A stretch of DNA of 32,000 nt, taken from positions 90,001 to 122,000 of the forward strand of contig NZ_CP042911.1 of the NCBI RefSeq assembly GCF_008065095.1, in the 5' to 3' direction. Shown piece by piece: positions 7,451 through 17,132 of the stretch. Source of the DNA: Gemmata obscuriglobus. Its GTDB lineage: Bacteria; Planctomycetota; Planctomycetia; Gemmatales; Gemmataceae. A program made the position numbers and the translations under genes. The notes beneath the pieces are model-generated. The model saw nothing but the letters and a program-made list of their open reading frames with translations. It was not told the DNA's origin and did no database searches. Every line of letters begins with the position of its first letter. Position 1 is the first letter of the stretch.

Positions 7451-8544
7451 GTGAAGCTTTTCTTTTTGCTTTCAAACGTCTCGGATGTCGCTGCGACGGA
7501 ACGGCTGACGCTCCTCGCGGGTGGCTTACCGCGCGATCGGTTCGAGATAACAGTCGGTGTACTCGGTCCGGCGACCGGTGCCGCTCCCGACGCCCTTCGT
7601 GCCGCCCGTGTACCGGTGCTCGCGTTGCCGCTGCGGAACGCCATCGATTTCAGCGGAATGCGCCGGCTCCGGCACGCGGTCCGCGACTTCAACCCGGCGG
7701 TGCTGCACGCGGTCGGAGCGGACGCGGTGCGCGCGGCCCGGCTGTGCCTGTCCCGCTCCGAGGACGGCAACCGCCCGCGGTTCGTTGCGTCAGTGGGGAC
7801 CGCCTTGGAGGGCGGGCTCGGCGGCTGGCTGACGGCCCGCCAGGTGCGCGGTGCGGACCGTGTCATCGCGACCGGGTGGGGCGAGGCCGAGCGCTACCGT
7901 GCGGCCGGCGTACTCGGTGAGCGGCTCACCCGCATTTCGCCTGCGGCGGGACAGCCGGTCGAACCACCGGACCGGGCCGCGTTCTGTCGAGAGATCGGTG
8001 CGCCCGCCGACGCGCACATGATCTTCACCGGCGGGCGGCTCGAAGCTGCCTACGGGCTGAAGGACGCAACGGTCGCGTTTGACATGATGCGGTACGTGTC
8101 GCCCGCGTTAAATCTGGTGTTCACCGGGGACGGCCCGGACCGGGCTGTCGCGGAGGACCTCGGGCGGGCGCTGGCGTTCGATGACTTTCGGTTACGGTTC
8201 ACCGGGGACCGCTCGGACCTGGCGGCCGTCACGCGGTTGGCAGCACAGGTGTGGGTGCTGTGTGCCCGCGGGGGTGAATGGCTCGCGCTGCGGGCGATGG
8301 CGGCGGGGCGCCCGGTACTGGCGTTCCGCACTCCGGAGCTGGAAGAGATCATCGAAGACGGCGAAACGGGCGTACTGGTGGCGCCGGGCGATCGTGCCGC
8401 TCTCGCAACGAAAGCCCAGGAGTTGCTTGCCGATCCCGAGGAGACGGTGCGCATCGGAGAAGCGGGGCGGGCGCGGGTTGCGGAGCGGTTCAGCTCCGCC
8501 CGGTTCATCGAGCAACACATCCGAGTGTACCAGGAACTAGGCGG

Positions 8545-8548
<4 letters not shown>
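7451..8548 (+). CDS. GT4-family (GT-B fold) glycosyltransferase, about 365 aa
   Basis: The C-terminal block PVLAFRTPELEEIIEDGETGVLVAPGDRAALATKAQELLADPEE...AERFSSARFIEQHIRVY is typical of Glycos_transf_1. The start (GTG 7451, MKLFFLLSNV) is uncertain. Confidence 0.8.
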
Positions 8549-9144
<596 letters not shown>

Positions 9145-9217
9145 TGGGACATTGTATGGGCGCGCCGGCGGTCAGGGCCGGTCGTTAGTTACGGTGCCGA
9201 ACTCGCAGCGGATCGGG

Positions 9218-9252
9218 CTCGCTCCCCGACCCAAACGGGGTCGGGGAGCGAG
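9218..9252 (-). terminator. GC-rich hairpin (15-bp perfect stem, 5-nt loop) just downstream of the mini-lipoprotein ORF
   Basis: ctcgctccccgaccc at 9218-9232 pairs with gggtcggggagcgag at 9238-9252. It lies 10 nt past the stop at 9262-9264. No U-tract. Confidence 0.4.
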
Positions 9253-9261
9253 TCACACGGA

Positions 9262-9417
9262 TCAGTTCTTTGGCGGCGGCGGTGGCGGAGAAGGAGGTTG
9301 TACGACCCCCGGTTTACCATCGGGCGGTGCCGACACAGGGGCCGTGGGGCCGCTGCTTGAGCTGCCGCAACCGACAAGCTGCGCCGTAAGAATCAAGATG
9401 CCAAAAATTCTTTTCAT
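9262..9417 (-). CDS. Mini-lipoprotein, 51 aa (below the ORF-track size cutoff)
   Basis: My own translation: MKRIFGILILTAQLVGC|GSSSSGPTAPVSAPPDGKPGVVQPPSPPPPPPKN. It has a perfect lipobox (L-V-G-C) and sits 42 nt downstream of the DUF1559 gene on the same strand. Confidence 0.55.
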   Translation of the reverse strand: MKRIFGILILTAQLVGCGSSSSGPTAPVSAPPDGKPGVVQPPSPPPPPPKN

Positions 9418-9459
9418 TGTTCTGTCGTATTTCTTTGTGGTTAGAGATCAGACATCGGT

Positions 9460-10398
9460 TTACACATCGTTACCAATGACTTGTCCGTCGCTCATGCCGG
9501 CCCGGCGCTGCTGGTCATACCAGCGGGTGGTGAACCAATCGGTGCCGCCGCTGATCTTCTTCATTGAGACGACCGATCCGTCGCAGTTGCTGAACAGAAC
9601 GATACCGCTGTGCTTGCTTCCGAACGAAACCCACGACGGCGGGTCGATGGTGCCCCACGCGGTCGGCAGGGCCCCGGCCCCCATCCAACTCGCCCGGTAG
9701 TCGCTTTGCCCGTTGCCGCCCAAGGTTTCACCGAACCCGATCGTGTTGCTCGTACCGTCCGTAATGTCCGTCAACTTCGTCTTGGAGTTAACGAAGTACG
9801 GCCCTTTGTACTGCTGATAGAAGGCGTTGGGCGCCACCGTTCCATTGTTGCTCGTGTCACCCAGTGCGCCCGCACTGGCCACATAGTTGGTCCGTCCGAG
9901 GTTCGGGTAGCCTGGACCGAACACCCCGCCGGTGAGCGTCGTGCCGGTGGTGTAGTAGTACGCGAAGATTCCCGCTGTCGGTGTGTCGCGGGCGTTATCT
10001 GACGGGCATAGGAATGTTTTGACGTGGTTGTTGGCTGCGGTCCAGCTCGCCCCGCCCCACCACGACCCACCCGTCGCCGGGATCGTCAATTTCGTTTGCT
10101 CGATCAGCTTGAAAATGTTGTCCTGTTCAATGAACGGCGACAGGTACGCGAGCGACCCGACGTAGCTGGCGGAGTTGAAGCCGGGCGGCAGGCACTCGTT
10201 CGCGCTGGCGTAGTTGTGCGCCGCGAGGCTGATCTGCTTAAGGTTGTTGCTGCACGACATCCGAGCCGCGGCTTCGCGGACCTTCTGGACCGCAGGGAGC
10301 AAGAGACCGATCAAGATCGCGATGATCGCGATTACCACCAGCAATTCAATCAGTGTGAAGGCCCCGCGCAGTGCGCGGGGAGTGCGAGTACGGAACAT
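9460..10398 (-). CDS. DUF1559 / H-X9-DG protein with prepilin-type N-terminal cleavage/methylation motif, 312 aa
   Basis: [63 protein letters not shown] at the N-terminus and HSGIVLFSNCDG (H-X9-DG) near the C-terminus. I chose the internal ATG at 10398. Confidence 0.9.
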   Translation of the reverse strand: MFRTRTPRALRGAFTLIELLVVIAIIAILIGLLLPAVQKVREAAARMSCSNNLKQISLAAHNYASANECLPPGFNSASYVGSLAYLSPFIEQDNIFKLIEQTKLTIPATGGSWWGGASWTAANNHVKTFLCPSDNARDTPTAGIFAYYYTTGTTLTGGVFGPGYPNLGRTNYVASAGALGDTSNNGTVAPNAFYQQYKGPYFVNSKTKLTDITDGTSNTIGFGETLGGNGQSDYRASWMGAGALPTAWGTIDPPSWVSFGSKHSGIVLFSNCDGSVVSMKKISGGTDWFTTRWYDQQRRAGMSDGQVIGNDV

Positions 10399-10734
10399 CG
10401 GCGAGCCTCCGAGTCCACCCGGGGAGCAGCGTGAAGCAGGGGAAATACAGATCCTGTCATCAACGCGCAGCGCCACCAGTTGTTGTTGGGTGTGTTCACC
10501 CACAAGAAATAAGATGTCACAAATACAAATGGGCGGTTTGCGGGAGGATGGGAGGCGATTGTCGTGCAGCGGTTGCGAGGACCGCCACTCTTGCGAAGAA
10601 GACAACCGGGATAATCCCGCAGAGGTAGTTATCGGTAATTTTACGTTCGGTGGCAACGGAAATTACATGCCGCCTACATTTTAAGCGATCTCAAAGGATG
10701 AAGTTATTGGTAACTAAACTAAAATGACGTTTTG

Positions 10735-11022
10735 TCAGCCCTGACGAGTCGGAAGTTTCTGAGCGCTGTTCGCCGTGGCGTCGTATTTGTCCTTCGCCTC
10801 TTCGGCCGGTACCAGTTCCAGGTAGCTATCGCTCGCGGGCAGGTCGTACCACGCGCCGTCGGCAAAATCGACGAGCGCGCGGCCACCGAAGTTAACCGTA
10901 ACGACTCGCCCGACCTTCCCGACGAACCGGGTGTACTCCGCGTGGCCCTGTTTGACGCGCACGAACCGGTCCGTCCAGATTTGCCGGAGGGCCTCGGTTT
11001 CGTCGGGTGTTGGGAAGCGCAT
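10735..11022 (-). CDS. Hypothetical protein, 95 aa
   Basis: ATG start and balanced amino-acid composition (MRFPTPDETEALRQIWTDRFVRVKQGHAEYTRFVGKVGRVVTV...). No family recognised. Confidence 0.6.
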   Translation of the reverse strand: MRFPTPDETEALRQIWTDRFVRVKQGHAEYTRFVGKVGRVVTVNFGGRALVDFADGAWYDLPASDSYLELVPAEEAKDKYDATANSAQKLPTRQG

Positions 11023-11084
11023 CGTCTGTCCTCACCGAGCGACCCGCTCGCTAAGCAGGCGGTCGTGGTTGCACTGCGCTTTTG

Positions 11085-11144
11085 ACGAGCCGCGACCGCC
11101 AGGGAGCGGGTGACGAATCCAGCTCCCTGGCGGTCGCGGCTCGT
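11085..11144. repeat. REP-like perfect inverted repeat (23-bp arms, 14-nt loop)
   Basis: acgagccgcgaccgccagggagc at 11085-11107 is the exact reverse complement of 11122-11144. It lies between two minus-strand genes. Confidence 0.9.
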
Positions 11145-11237
11145 TTTCAAACATTACAAGCAGCCTCGGCCGTGTGCTTAGACCCAGGGCGGTTACCGCG
11201 TCTCGGTTGCCGTTCATCGTTACGGCTCCCTTTCCGT

Positions 11238-12230
11238 TCACCCGCGAAACGCTTTCGGGCCGTGGCTCGGCGGATCGAAGTCGATGGATTTCAGGAACCG
11301 CAAGGCGTCCGCGGCGCCGTACTCGCGGTCCATTCCCGGGTCGTGCCAGTCCACCGACAGCGGCCCGTCGTAGCCGATCGCGTTCAGCGTGCGAACGATG
11401 CTCACCCAGTCGATTCCGCCGTGCCCCGGCGAGCGGAACTGCCACCCGGCGCGGGGGTCGCCGCTGGGCCAGTAGCCCGCCAGCACGCCGGCCCGCCCGT
11501 TCAGCGTAAGCTGCGCGTCTTTGATGTGGACATGATAAATGCGGTCGGGGAACCGACGCAAGAACTCGACCGGGTCGAACCCCTGCCAGTGCATGTGGCT
11601 CGGGTCGAACGTGAACCCGAACTCCTCGCGCCCGTCGAGGGCGTCGAGCACCAGTTCTGCCGAGTACAAGTCGAACGCGAGTTGACCGGGGTGGACCTCG
11701 CACGCGAACCGCACCCCGGCCTCGCGCGCGGCGTCGAGGATCGGGTGCCACTGGCGCGCGAACTGCCTGAGCGCGTCGGAAATGACATCCGGGCGCGGGG
11801 CCGGGTAACCCGCGACGTATCCCCAAATGGGGGACCCCGTGAACCCGCTGACCACGCCGGCCCCGAGCCGCTCGGCCAGGCGGAACGTGGCCTTCATCTC
11901 CTCGGCGGCGCGCTGCTGCACCCCTTCGGGCGAACCGTCCCCCCAAACGTAGTCCGGGAGCAGGGACTGGTGCCGCTTGTCGATGACATCGCAAACGGCC
12001 TGACCGATCTTGTGGTTTGCGATAACCGGAACTTGGAGGTCCTGCCGCGCGAGGAGGTCCAGGCGGGCCGGCGAGTAGCCGTCGTCGGACAAGCCGCGCT
12101 GCACCTCGAGGTGATCGCCCCAGCAGCACAGCTCGAACCCCGAGTAACCCCACCCCGCCGCTTTGGTCGCCAGCGAATCGAGCGGGAGGTCGGCCCACGG
12201 GCCGCTGAACAGCAGGATCGGTCGTCCCAT
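11238..12230 (-). CDS. Sugar phosphate isomerase/epimerase (xylose-isomerase-like TIM barrel), 330 aa
   Basis: The pattern of [36 protein letters not shown] and IYHVHIKDA is typical of AP_endonuc_2 / TIM-barrel isomerases. I chose the internal ATG at 12230. Confidence 0.8.
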   Translation of the reverse strand: MGRPILLFSGPWADLPLDSLATKAAGWGYSGFELCCWGDHLEVQRGLSDDGYSPARLDLLARQDLQVPVIANHKIGQAVCDVIDKRHQSLLPDYVWGDGSPEGVQQRAAEEMKATFRLAERLGAGVVSGFTGSPIWGYVAGYPAPRPDVISDALRQFARQWHPILDAAREAGVRFACEVHPGQLAFDLYSAELVLDALDGREEFGFTFDPSHMHWQGFDPVEFLRRFPDRIYHVHIKDAQLTLNGRAGVLAGYWPSGDPRAGWQFRSPGHGGIDWVSIVRTLNAIGYDGPLSVDWHDPGMDREYGAADALRFLKSIDFDPPSHGPKAFRG

Positions 12231-12331
12231 GGACGTGCTCACAAGGGACCAAGAGCGAGGGATGTGCTCGCAGCTTACGCGAGTAAGAGCAAATTTTGAA
12301 GGCGGGTAGGGCACTCAATAACGGAGCGGAA

Positions 12332-12384
12332 GGCCGGTGCGGCGCCCGCCAGACATCAAGTGTCCGGCGGGCGCCGCACCGGCC
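12332..12384 (-). terminator. Strong GC hairpin (19-bp perfect stem) downstream of the membrane-protein gene
   Basis: ggccggtgcggcgcccgcc at 12332-12350 pairs with 12366-12384, with four further inner pairs. It lies about 40 nt past the stop at 12424-12426. Confidence 0.5.
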
Positions 12385-12423
12385 TCCCGCTCTGAGCGAT
12401 CGGCACGGCTCTCGGAAGTCCGC

Positions 12424-14256
12424 TTACCCCAGTGGGGTATTGTCGTCGGTCGCGGGCTTCTTCGGCTCTTCGATCGTAGGTGCCGGCTTCGCCTCTTCGA
12501 TCTTGGGCGCCGGTTTCGGCTCCTCGATCTTGGGCGCCGGTTTCGGCTCCTCGATCTTTGGGGCCGGGGGCGGGCTGACGACCGCTGGCGGGTTGTACGG
12601 CAACGTTTCGGGAGCAACCGGGTTCGCCGGTGCAGGTGCCGGTGCAGCGGGCTTGTTCAGCGGGCCGCCCAGCGTAACCGGAACGTCCGCGGGGGCCGGG
12701 CCGGGAGCGGGCGCCGATTTCGGCGCCTCAACGAAGGGGGCCGGCTCCTCGTCTTCGTACACCTCTTCCAGTTCCGCCTCGTCCACCTTCTTCCGCATCA
12801 GGAAGTAGATCATCGTGGCGGACGACCAGAAGAAGCTGTAGCTGAACCCGAGCATCATCAGGAACGCGAGCGTGAGCCAGAAGCACACGATCCCGGCGCC
12901 CCAGCGGTTGTACGCCCAGAACTCCTCCTTCGCGGCCTTGTACGTTTCCGGGTTCGCCGGGGCGTACTGGTACACCTCGCGCACCCGCTTGGCCGGGTCG
13001 GCCGTTTCCTTGCCGTCTTGGTCGAGGGGTACCCACCGCCCCTGCACGGCGTAGGGGCTGTCCTTGGTGAGCAGCTCCTTCCACCCGAACGACTCGGGCG
13101 CGTAGACGAACAGGTACTCGGGTTTGCGGTCCTGCCACACGGCGCTGGCCGTCAGGCCCACGGCCCACTTCCCGACGTACACCGCCACGGACGCGAAGAA
13201 CAGCACGAACAGCGTCACGGCCGCGCCGTAGGCGACCGCGACCAGCCAGTTCCACAGGTAGTGCCACGGCGCCTGGTAGACGTAGTTCAGCGAGCGGCTC
13301 AGCGCGTCGAACGTGTCGCTCTGGTCGCCCTCGACGGACAGCGTGCAGTACATCATCGGGTAGCCGACCAGCCCGATGAGGAACACCGTCATGATGGCCC
13401 CGCCGATGATGACCGCGGGCAGCCCGAACCCGAGCAGCACGATGTCGCCGATGAACGGGATCAGGGCCAGCAGCCCGTACCCGATCAGCCCGAGCACCAC
13501 GACGGCGATGATGAGCAGCGGCACCAGCGGCGCGCCCAGGTAGCTCACGTACCGGTTCGCCACGAACAGCACGGCCTGCTTCAGCGTGATCGGCCCCTTG
13601 TTCGCGAGCTGCACCGCCGCGAGCCGGGTGATGACGCCGCCGCAGAACGCCCACACCGCCACGTTGCTCAGCAGCACCAGGAACAGGTAGAACCGGGTTT
13701 GCAGGCTGACCCCCGGCGACAGCAGCTTCGCCACCGGCAGCAGGAGCTTGACCAGCGGCTCCACGAGCACCGGCACGGACCCGCTGACGAACTCGCGGGA
13801 CGTGTGCTCGCGGTCCGCGGCGCTGCCGCCGAGCAGGTCGGTGAAGAGCAGGAACGGGTTCGGGCCGCGGTACTCGTACCACGGGAGCGTGCGGAGCCGC
13901 CCGCCGGGGCCGGCCAGCGCGTCGAGTTGCTGCCACTGCTTGTAGTCGCGCTCGAACCGCTCTTTGCCGATCCGGCTGTAGTCGTCCTGACTGTAGTTTT
14001 CCCCGTTCGCCTTGGTCTGGCCGGCGAGGTCCTGGGCCATCGCGTTGTTGCTGTAATCCGGGTCGTTCGGGAGCGGGGCCTTGTAGTAAAAAATGTTCGA
14101 CAGCAGCCACCAGGAGAGCGACATCACGAAGATGCCGAGTGCGGCGACGAGCAACTTGCGCGGGTCCAGGGCGACCTGGAAGCAGCGGAAGATGTTGGTC
14201 CACGGCAGAGCCGCGCGATAATTGAACCCGGCGGATTGTTCGTGTCCGTCGGCCAT
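12424..14256 (-). CDS. Polytopic membrane protein with a Pro/Lys/Glu-rich repeat tail, 610 aa
   Basis: Many hydrophobic segments (for example LVAALGIFVMSLSWWLL, LIPFIGDIVLLGFGLPAVIIGGAIMTVFLIGLV). The C-terminus carries 9-aa repeats. I chose the ATG at 14256 (MADGHEQ). Confidence 0.8.
   Translation of the reverse strand: MADGHEQSAGFNYRAALPWTNIFRCFQVALDPRKLLVAALGIFVMSLSWWLLSNIFYYKAPLPNDPDYSNNAMAQDLAGQTKANGENYSQDDYSRIGKERFERDYKQWQQLDALAGPGGRLRTLPWYEYRGPNPFLLFTDLLGGSAADREHTSREFVSGSVPVLVEPLVKLLLPVAKLLSPGVSLQTRFYLFLVLLSNVAVWAFCGGVITRLAAVQLANKGPITLKQAVLFVANRYVSYLGAPLVPLLIIAVVVLGLIGYGLLALIPFIGDIVLLGFGLPAVIIGGAIMTVFLIGLVGYPMMYCTLSVEGDQSDTFDALSRSLNYVYQAPWHYLWNWLVAVAYGAAVTLFVLFFASVAVYVGKWAVGLTASAVWQDRKPEYLFVYAPESFGWKELLTKDSPYAVQGRWVPLDQDGKETADPAKRVREVYQYAPANPETYKAAKEEFWAYNRWGAGIVCFWLTLAFLMMLGFSYSFFWSSATMIYFLMRKKVDEAELEEVYEDEEPAPFVEAPKSAPAPGPAPADVPVTLGGPLNKPAAPAPAPANPVAPETLPYNPPAVVSPPPAPKIEEPKPAPKIEEPKPAPKIEEAKPAPTIEEPKKPATDDNTPLG
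12464..12571. repeat. Four tandem 27-bp units inside the CDS, encoding P(K/P)PAPKIEE repeats
   Basis: Units at 12464-12490, 12491-12517, 12518-12544 and 12545-12571. The middle two differ at only 2-3 positions. Confidence 0.9.
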
Positions 14257-14510
14257 ACAGGCTCCTCGGGGCAAAGATACGAGTCGTGTTGCGGCGCCGG
14301 CGGGCGTCCGCGGGACAGGGGGGGATTATACCCGCCCCGGCGAACGCGGCAATCTGCCCTGAGTTAGAGCCGGAATCGAGAGGCCGGAGCCGGGATTCTT
14401 GGGGCGAAGGAAGCTGGTGCCATCGAGCCCGCTCCCGTGCGCTCGCCTCTCCGCCGCGCCTGTGATCCGTTGTCTTTGCTCCCGACCGCGGTCACCGCCA
14501 CAACGCGGGG

Positions 14511-14540
14511 CGCCGCGTGCCCTGGCGAGGGCACGCGGCG
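14511..14540 (-). terminator. Hairpin (13-bp perfect stem, ggcg loop) 38 nt downstream of the outer-membrane protein gene
   Basis: cgccgcgtgccct at 14511-14523 pairs with agggcacgcggcg at 14528-14540. No clear U-tract. Confidence 0.4.
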
Positions 14541-14577
14541 ACCGCATCTGGGGATGGGGAGGTCGTCCCGGCACAGG

Positions 14578-15780
14578 TTAGAAGAAGAACCCGACGCCGA
14601 TGTTGAACCCGTGCAGCAACCGGAAGTACTTGGTCGCGTAGTTCGGGTCGATGTTCCCGAAGTTGAACCCGACCGGGTCCTTCATGTACCGCGTGTTGAA
14701 GAACGTCATCGCGCTGTACCCGACCCGCAGTTGCACCCCTTCGACCGGGTACATCCACAGGTTCACGTCGGCGGTCAGGCTGGGCACCAGCGACCACGTG
14801 TTGCGCCCGTACTTGGACTGCGTGGTGTCGTCGCCCAGCTTGTACTTGGCCCGGCCCTTGACCACGTCGAGGTACGCGGCGGCGGTCAGGTCGGAGCTGA
14901 GCGAGAACATGTTCCCCAGGTAGATCTCGTGCCCGCACCCGACGAACAAACCGTACATCCGCTGCGAGAGCGTGTTGGAATACTCGGCGGCGCTCTGCGG
15001 GGTCGAGTTGCCGGTCTGGTCGAGGTCCACGGTGCGCCAGGTGAACCGCTCGAAGAACCAGGCGAACCGCGCCCCGCCGAGGCCGTAGACGCTGCTGTAC
15101 TCGGTCGCGAACATCGGCATCCGCATCCCCAGTTCGGCCTGCTGGTACCGCTGGGTGAACTTGCTGTCCATCACGTCGGCCGCGTTCCACAGGCCGGCGG
15201 TGTTGTTCCCGGCGTTGCCGACGTCGAAGTTCGTGTCCTGGGTCGGCCCGTTGAAGAACGTGGTGAAGTTGTACACCGGGGACGACAGGAACGTGTCGGT
15301 CAGGTCCCCGTTGGACCGGAACCCGAGCGGGTACTGGGTCGCCCCGGACGAGTACTGGGCGTCGAACAACTGCAAGTACTTCAAGTAAACGCGGGTGCCG
15401 GTGTCGAACTTGTACCCGATCTCGGCGACGAACCCGGGCTGGTAAGTGCCGGCCCCACCGGACTTGGTGTTCAGGGCCGGCGTGCCGCTGCCCAGGAACG
15501 TTCCGGGAATGCCGGTGATGGTTCCCATCGTGTCGTAAAGGCCTCGGAACCCGATGTCCTGGGGGCCGATTGCTTTCGACTGCCGGAGCATGGTGAACTC
15601 GGCGGACGTGTAGAACCCGGAGTCCCCGGCACGCCCGGTCGGGATCGGGAACGCCCCTCCGCCGGCAAAGTCCCCGTTATTAATTGGTGTCGGGAACGAT
15701 TCTTGGGCGACGGCCCGTTCCGGACATGCGACCGCGACCACGGCCGCCAGTACGGCTCCCCCGATGTACCGAATGCGCAT
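14578..15780 (-). CDS. Outer-membrane beta-barrel (porin-like) protein, 400 aa
   Basis: Signal peptide MRIRYIGGAVLAAVVAVACPERAVA|QE, alternating aromatic/polar beta-strand pattern, Gly/Asn/Thr-rich loops and a C-terminal ...NIGVGFFF ending in Phe. Confidence 0.75.
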   Translation of the reverse strand: MRIRYIGGAVLAAVVAVACPERAVAQESFPTPINNGDFAGGGAFPIPTGRAGDSGFYTSAEFTMLRQSKAIGPQDIGFRGLYDTMGTITGIPGTFLGSGTPALNTKSGGAGTYQPGFVAEIGYKFDTGTRVYLKYLQLFDAQYSSGATQYPLGFRSNGDLTDTFLSSPVYNFTTFFNGPTQDTNFDVGNAGNNTAGLWNAADVMDSKFTQRYQQAELGMRMPMFATEYSSVYGLGGARFAWFFERFTWRTVDLDQTGNSTPQSAAEYSNTLSQRMYGLFVGCGHEIYLGNMFSLSSDLTAAAYLDVVKGRAKYKLGDDTTQSKYGRNTWSLVPSLTADVNLWMYPVEGVQLRVGYSAMTFFNTRYMKDPVGFNFGNIDPNYATKYFRLLHGFNIGVGFFF

Positions 15781-16179
15781 AACCCAGCTCCCCCCTTCGA
15801 CGGACTGCGTGAACGACCAGCCGGTGCAGGCTCCCCAACCCGCTCCGACCTGACCCGCTGGCAAACCGGCGGGCCGATCCCCTGTGTGCGGTCCCTCTCG
15901 CCCTTGTGTGGCGGAAAGTCGCGGGACGATAACGTGCCGCCCGCCCCGGTCAACGGCTGTTGGCCCGAAAACCGTACCATTTCACGAGAATTCCCGACGT
16001 GAGGAGGCCGCCGGCGCGAAGCTGAATGTGATGCGGCAACGCACGGAAGCGGGGGCGTGAGCTGTCGGTTAGAAGGGGAGAAAGTGGGGCAAGACGGGTT
16101 CCGAGCGCGCTGCCAACGACGGCCCGTTCGGCCGCTCACGCAGACCCGTTTGGGTGCGCCAAAGAGGGCACACCCGAAC

Positions 16180-16401
16180 GGACCGAACAAAAGAGCCGGT
16201 CACCTGCTACGGCGAGCACGGCGCGAACCTTCCGCGCCCGCGCGAGCGGGGCGAACGGTTTCTGATTGGGATGTCGGCCCGGACGAGCCGAACACGTCGT
16301 GGCGCGGATGTGACGGACATTGCCCGATCCGCGAGGAACGGATGTACCTGGCCGTGGTCGATAAGCTGTTCAGCCACCGCGTGGTGGGCGGGGCGATGGG
16401 C
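16180..16401 (+). pseudogene. Decayed fragment of an IS3-family transposase (start of the rve/integrase core)
   Basis: Frame 1 reads ...KRAGHLLRRAR...DEPNTSWRGCDGHCPIREERMYLAVVDKLFSHRVVGGAMG. I compared this with the IS3 OrfB pattern PNxxWvaDiTYiptxeGwlYLAvvlDlfSRrvVGWam, and the spacing is identical. The fragment is cut off by the neighbouring gene. Confidence 0.35.
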
Positions 16402-16412
16402 GCGATCCGGTG

Positions 16413-16970
16413 CTACGGCTTCTTCTTCTTCGTTCGCTCCAGAAGCGCTTCGTACCGTTGCTTTGCGTTGCTATCGAGATTGTCGCGGAACTTGGTCAGA
16501 TCGTTTTTCGCGTGCGTCAGTTCGGACTGCAAGATTTCCGCCCGGTGTTCGAGCGATCGCACCTCAAGAGCCACCAGTTCCTTCGCCAGGGCTTGGAGCT
16601 GTTCCTCAACCGCCTTGCGCTCGTCTTCCTTCGCCGTCGTGTGCCGGGCCACGAGTACCAGCGCCTTGTTCTCCGCGGTCCACAACTTCAACTCGAGTTC
16701 GTACCGCTTCGGGTCGTCGTCCTGAATTTCCGCGAGCAGCTCTGAGACGTGGAACGTCTCCCGGATCTGCAGCTCGTAGCTCGGGCGGGCCGTTCGTTTG
16801 AGTTCTTCGAGCAGCGGGGTCAGGTCCGGGCAGTGCTTGCGCACGAAATGCAGCGCGGCGGCCTCGCGCTCCTCGGTAAAACGCGGGAGCGGATCGCCGG
16901 CGCGCGCGGCGCACGACGCACAAACGCCCAGAACGAGCGCGGCGGCTCGGACGAACACCGTTCCGGACAT
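16413..16970 (-). CDS. Secreted coiled-coil protein, last gene of the ECF sigma module, 185 aa
   Basis: Signal peptide MSGTVFVRAAALVLGVCASCAARA, then heptad-like E/K/L-rich sequence (EEQLQALAKELVALEVRSLEHRAEILQSELTHAKNDL). Confidence 0.7.
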   Translation of the reverse strand: MSGTVFVRAAALVLGVCASCAARAGDPLPRFTEEREAAALHFVRKHCPDLTPLLEELKRTARPSYELQIRETFHVSELLAEIQDDDPKRYELELKLWTAENKALVLVARHTTAKEDERKAVEEQLQALAKELVALEVRSLEHRAEILQSELTHAKNDLTKFRDNLDSNAKQRYEALLERTKKKKP

Positions 16971-17132
16971 GAGCGAGTCCCTTGCGAGTTCGGCAGCGGG
17001 CGGACGGGAGCGTGGGCTGAGGACTTCCGGTCACAAGTCCGCTCGTCGGAAGTCGTAACGTCACAAATTCAGAAGGGGCGAGGTCTCGTGACTTTATGAC
17101 TTGCTGACCTGACGACTTCGGGCCGGTAGTCC

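Noticed and set aside
12464-12571. Possible CRISPR or intergenic repeat array
   Set aside because: The 27-bp units are in frame inside a well-supported CDS and translate into a 9-aa peptide repeat.
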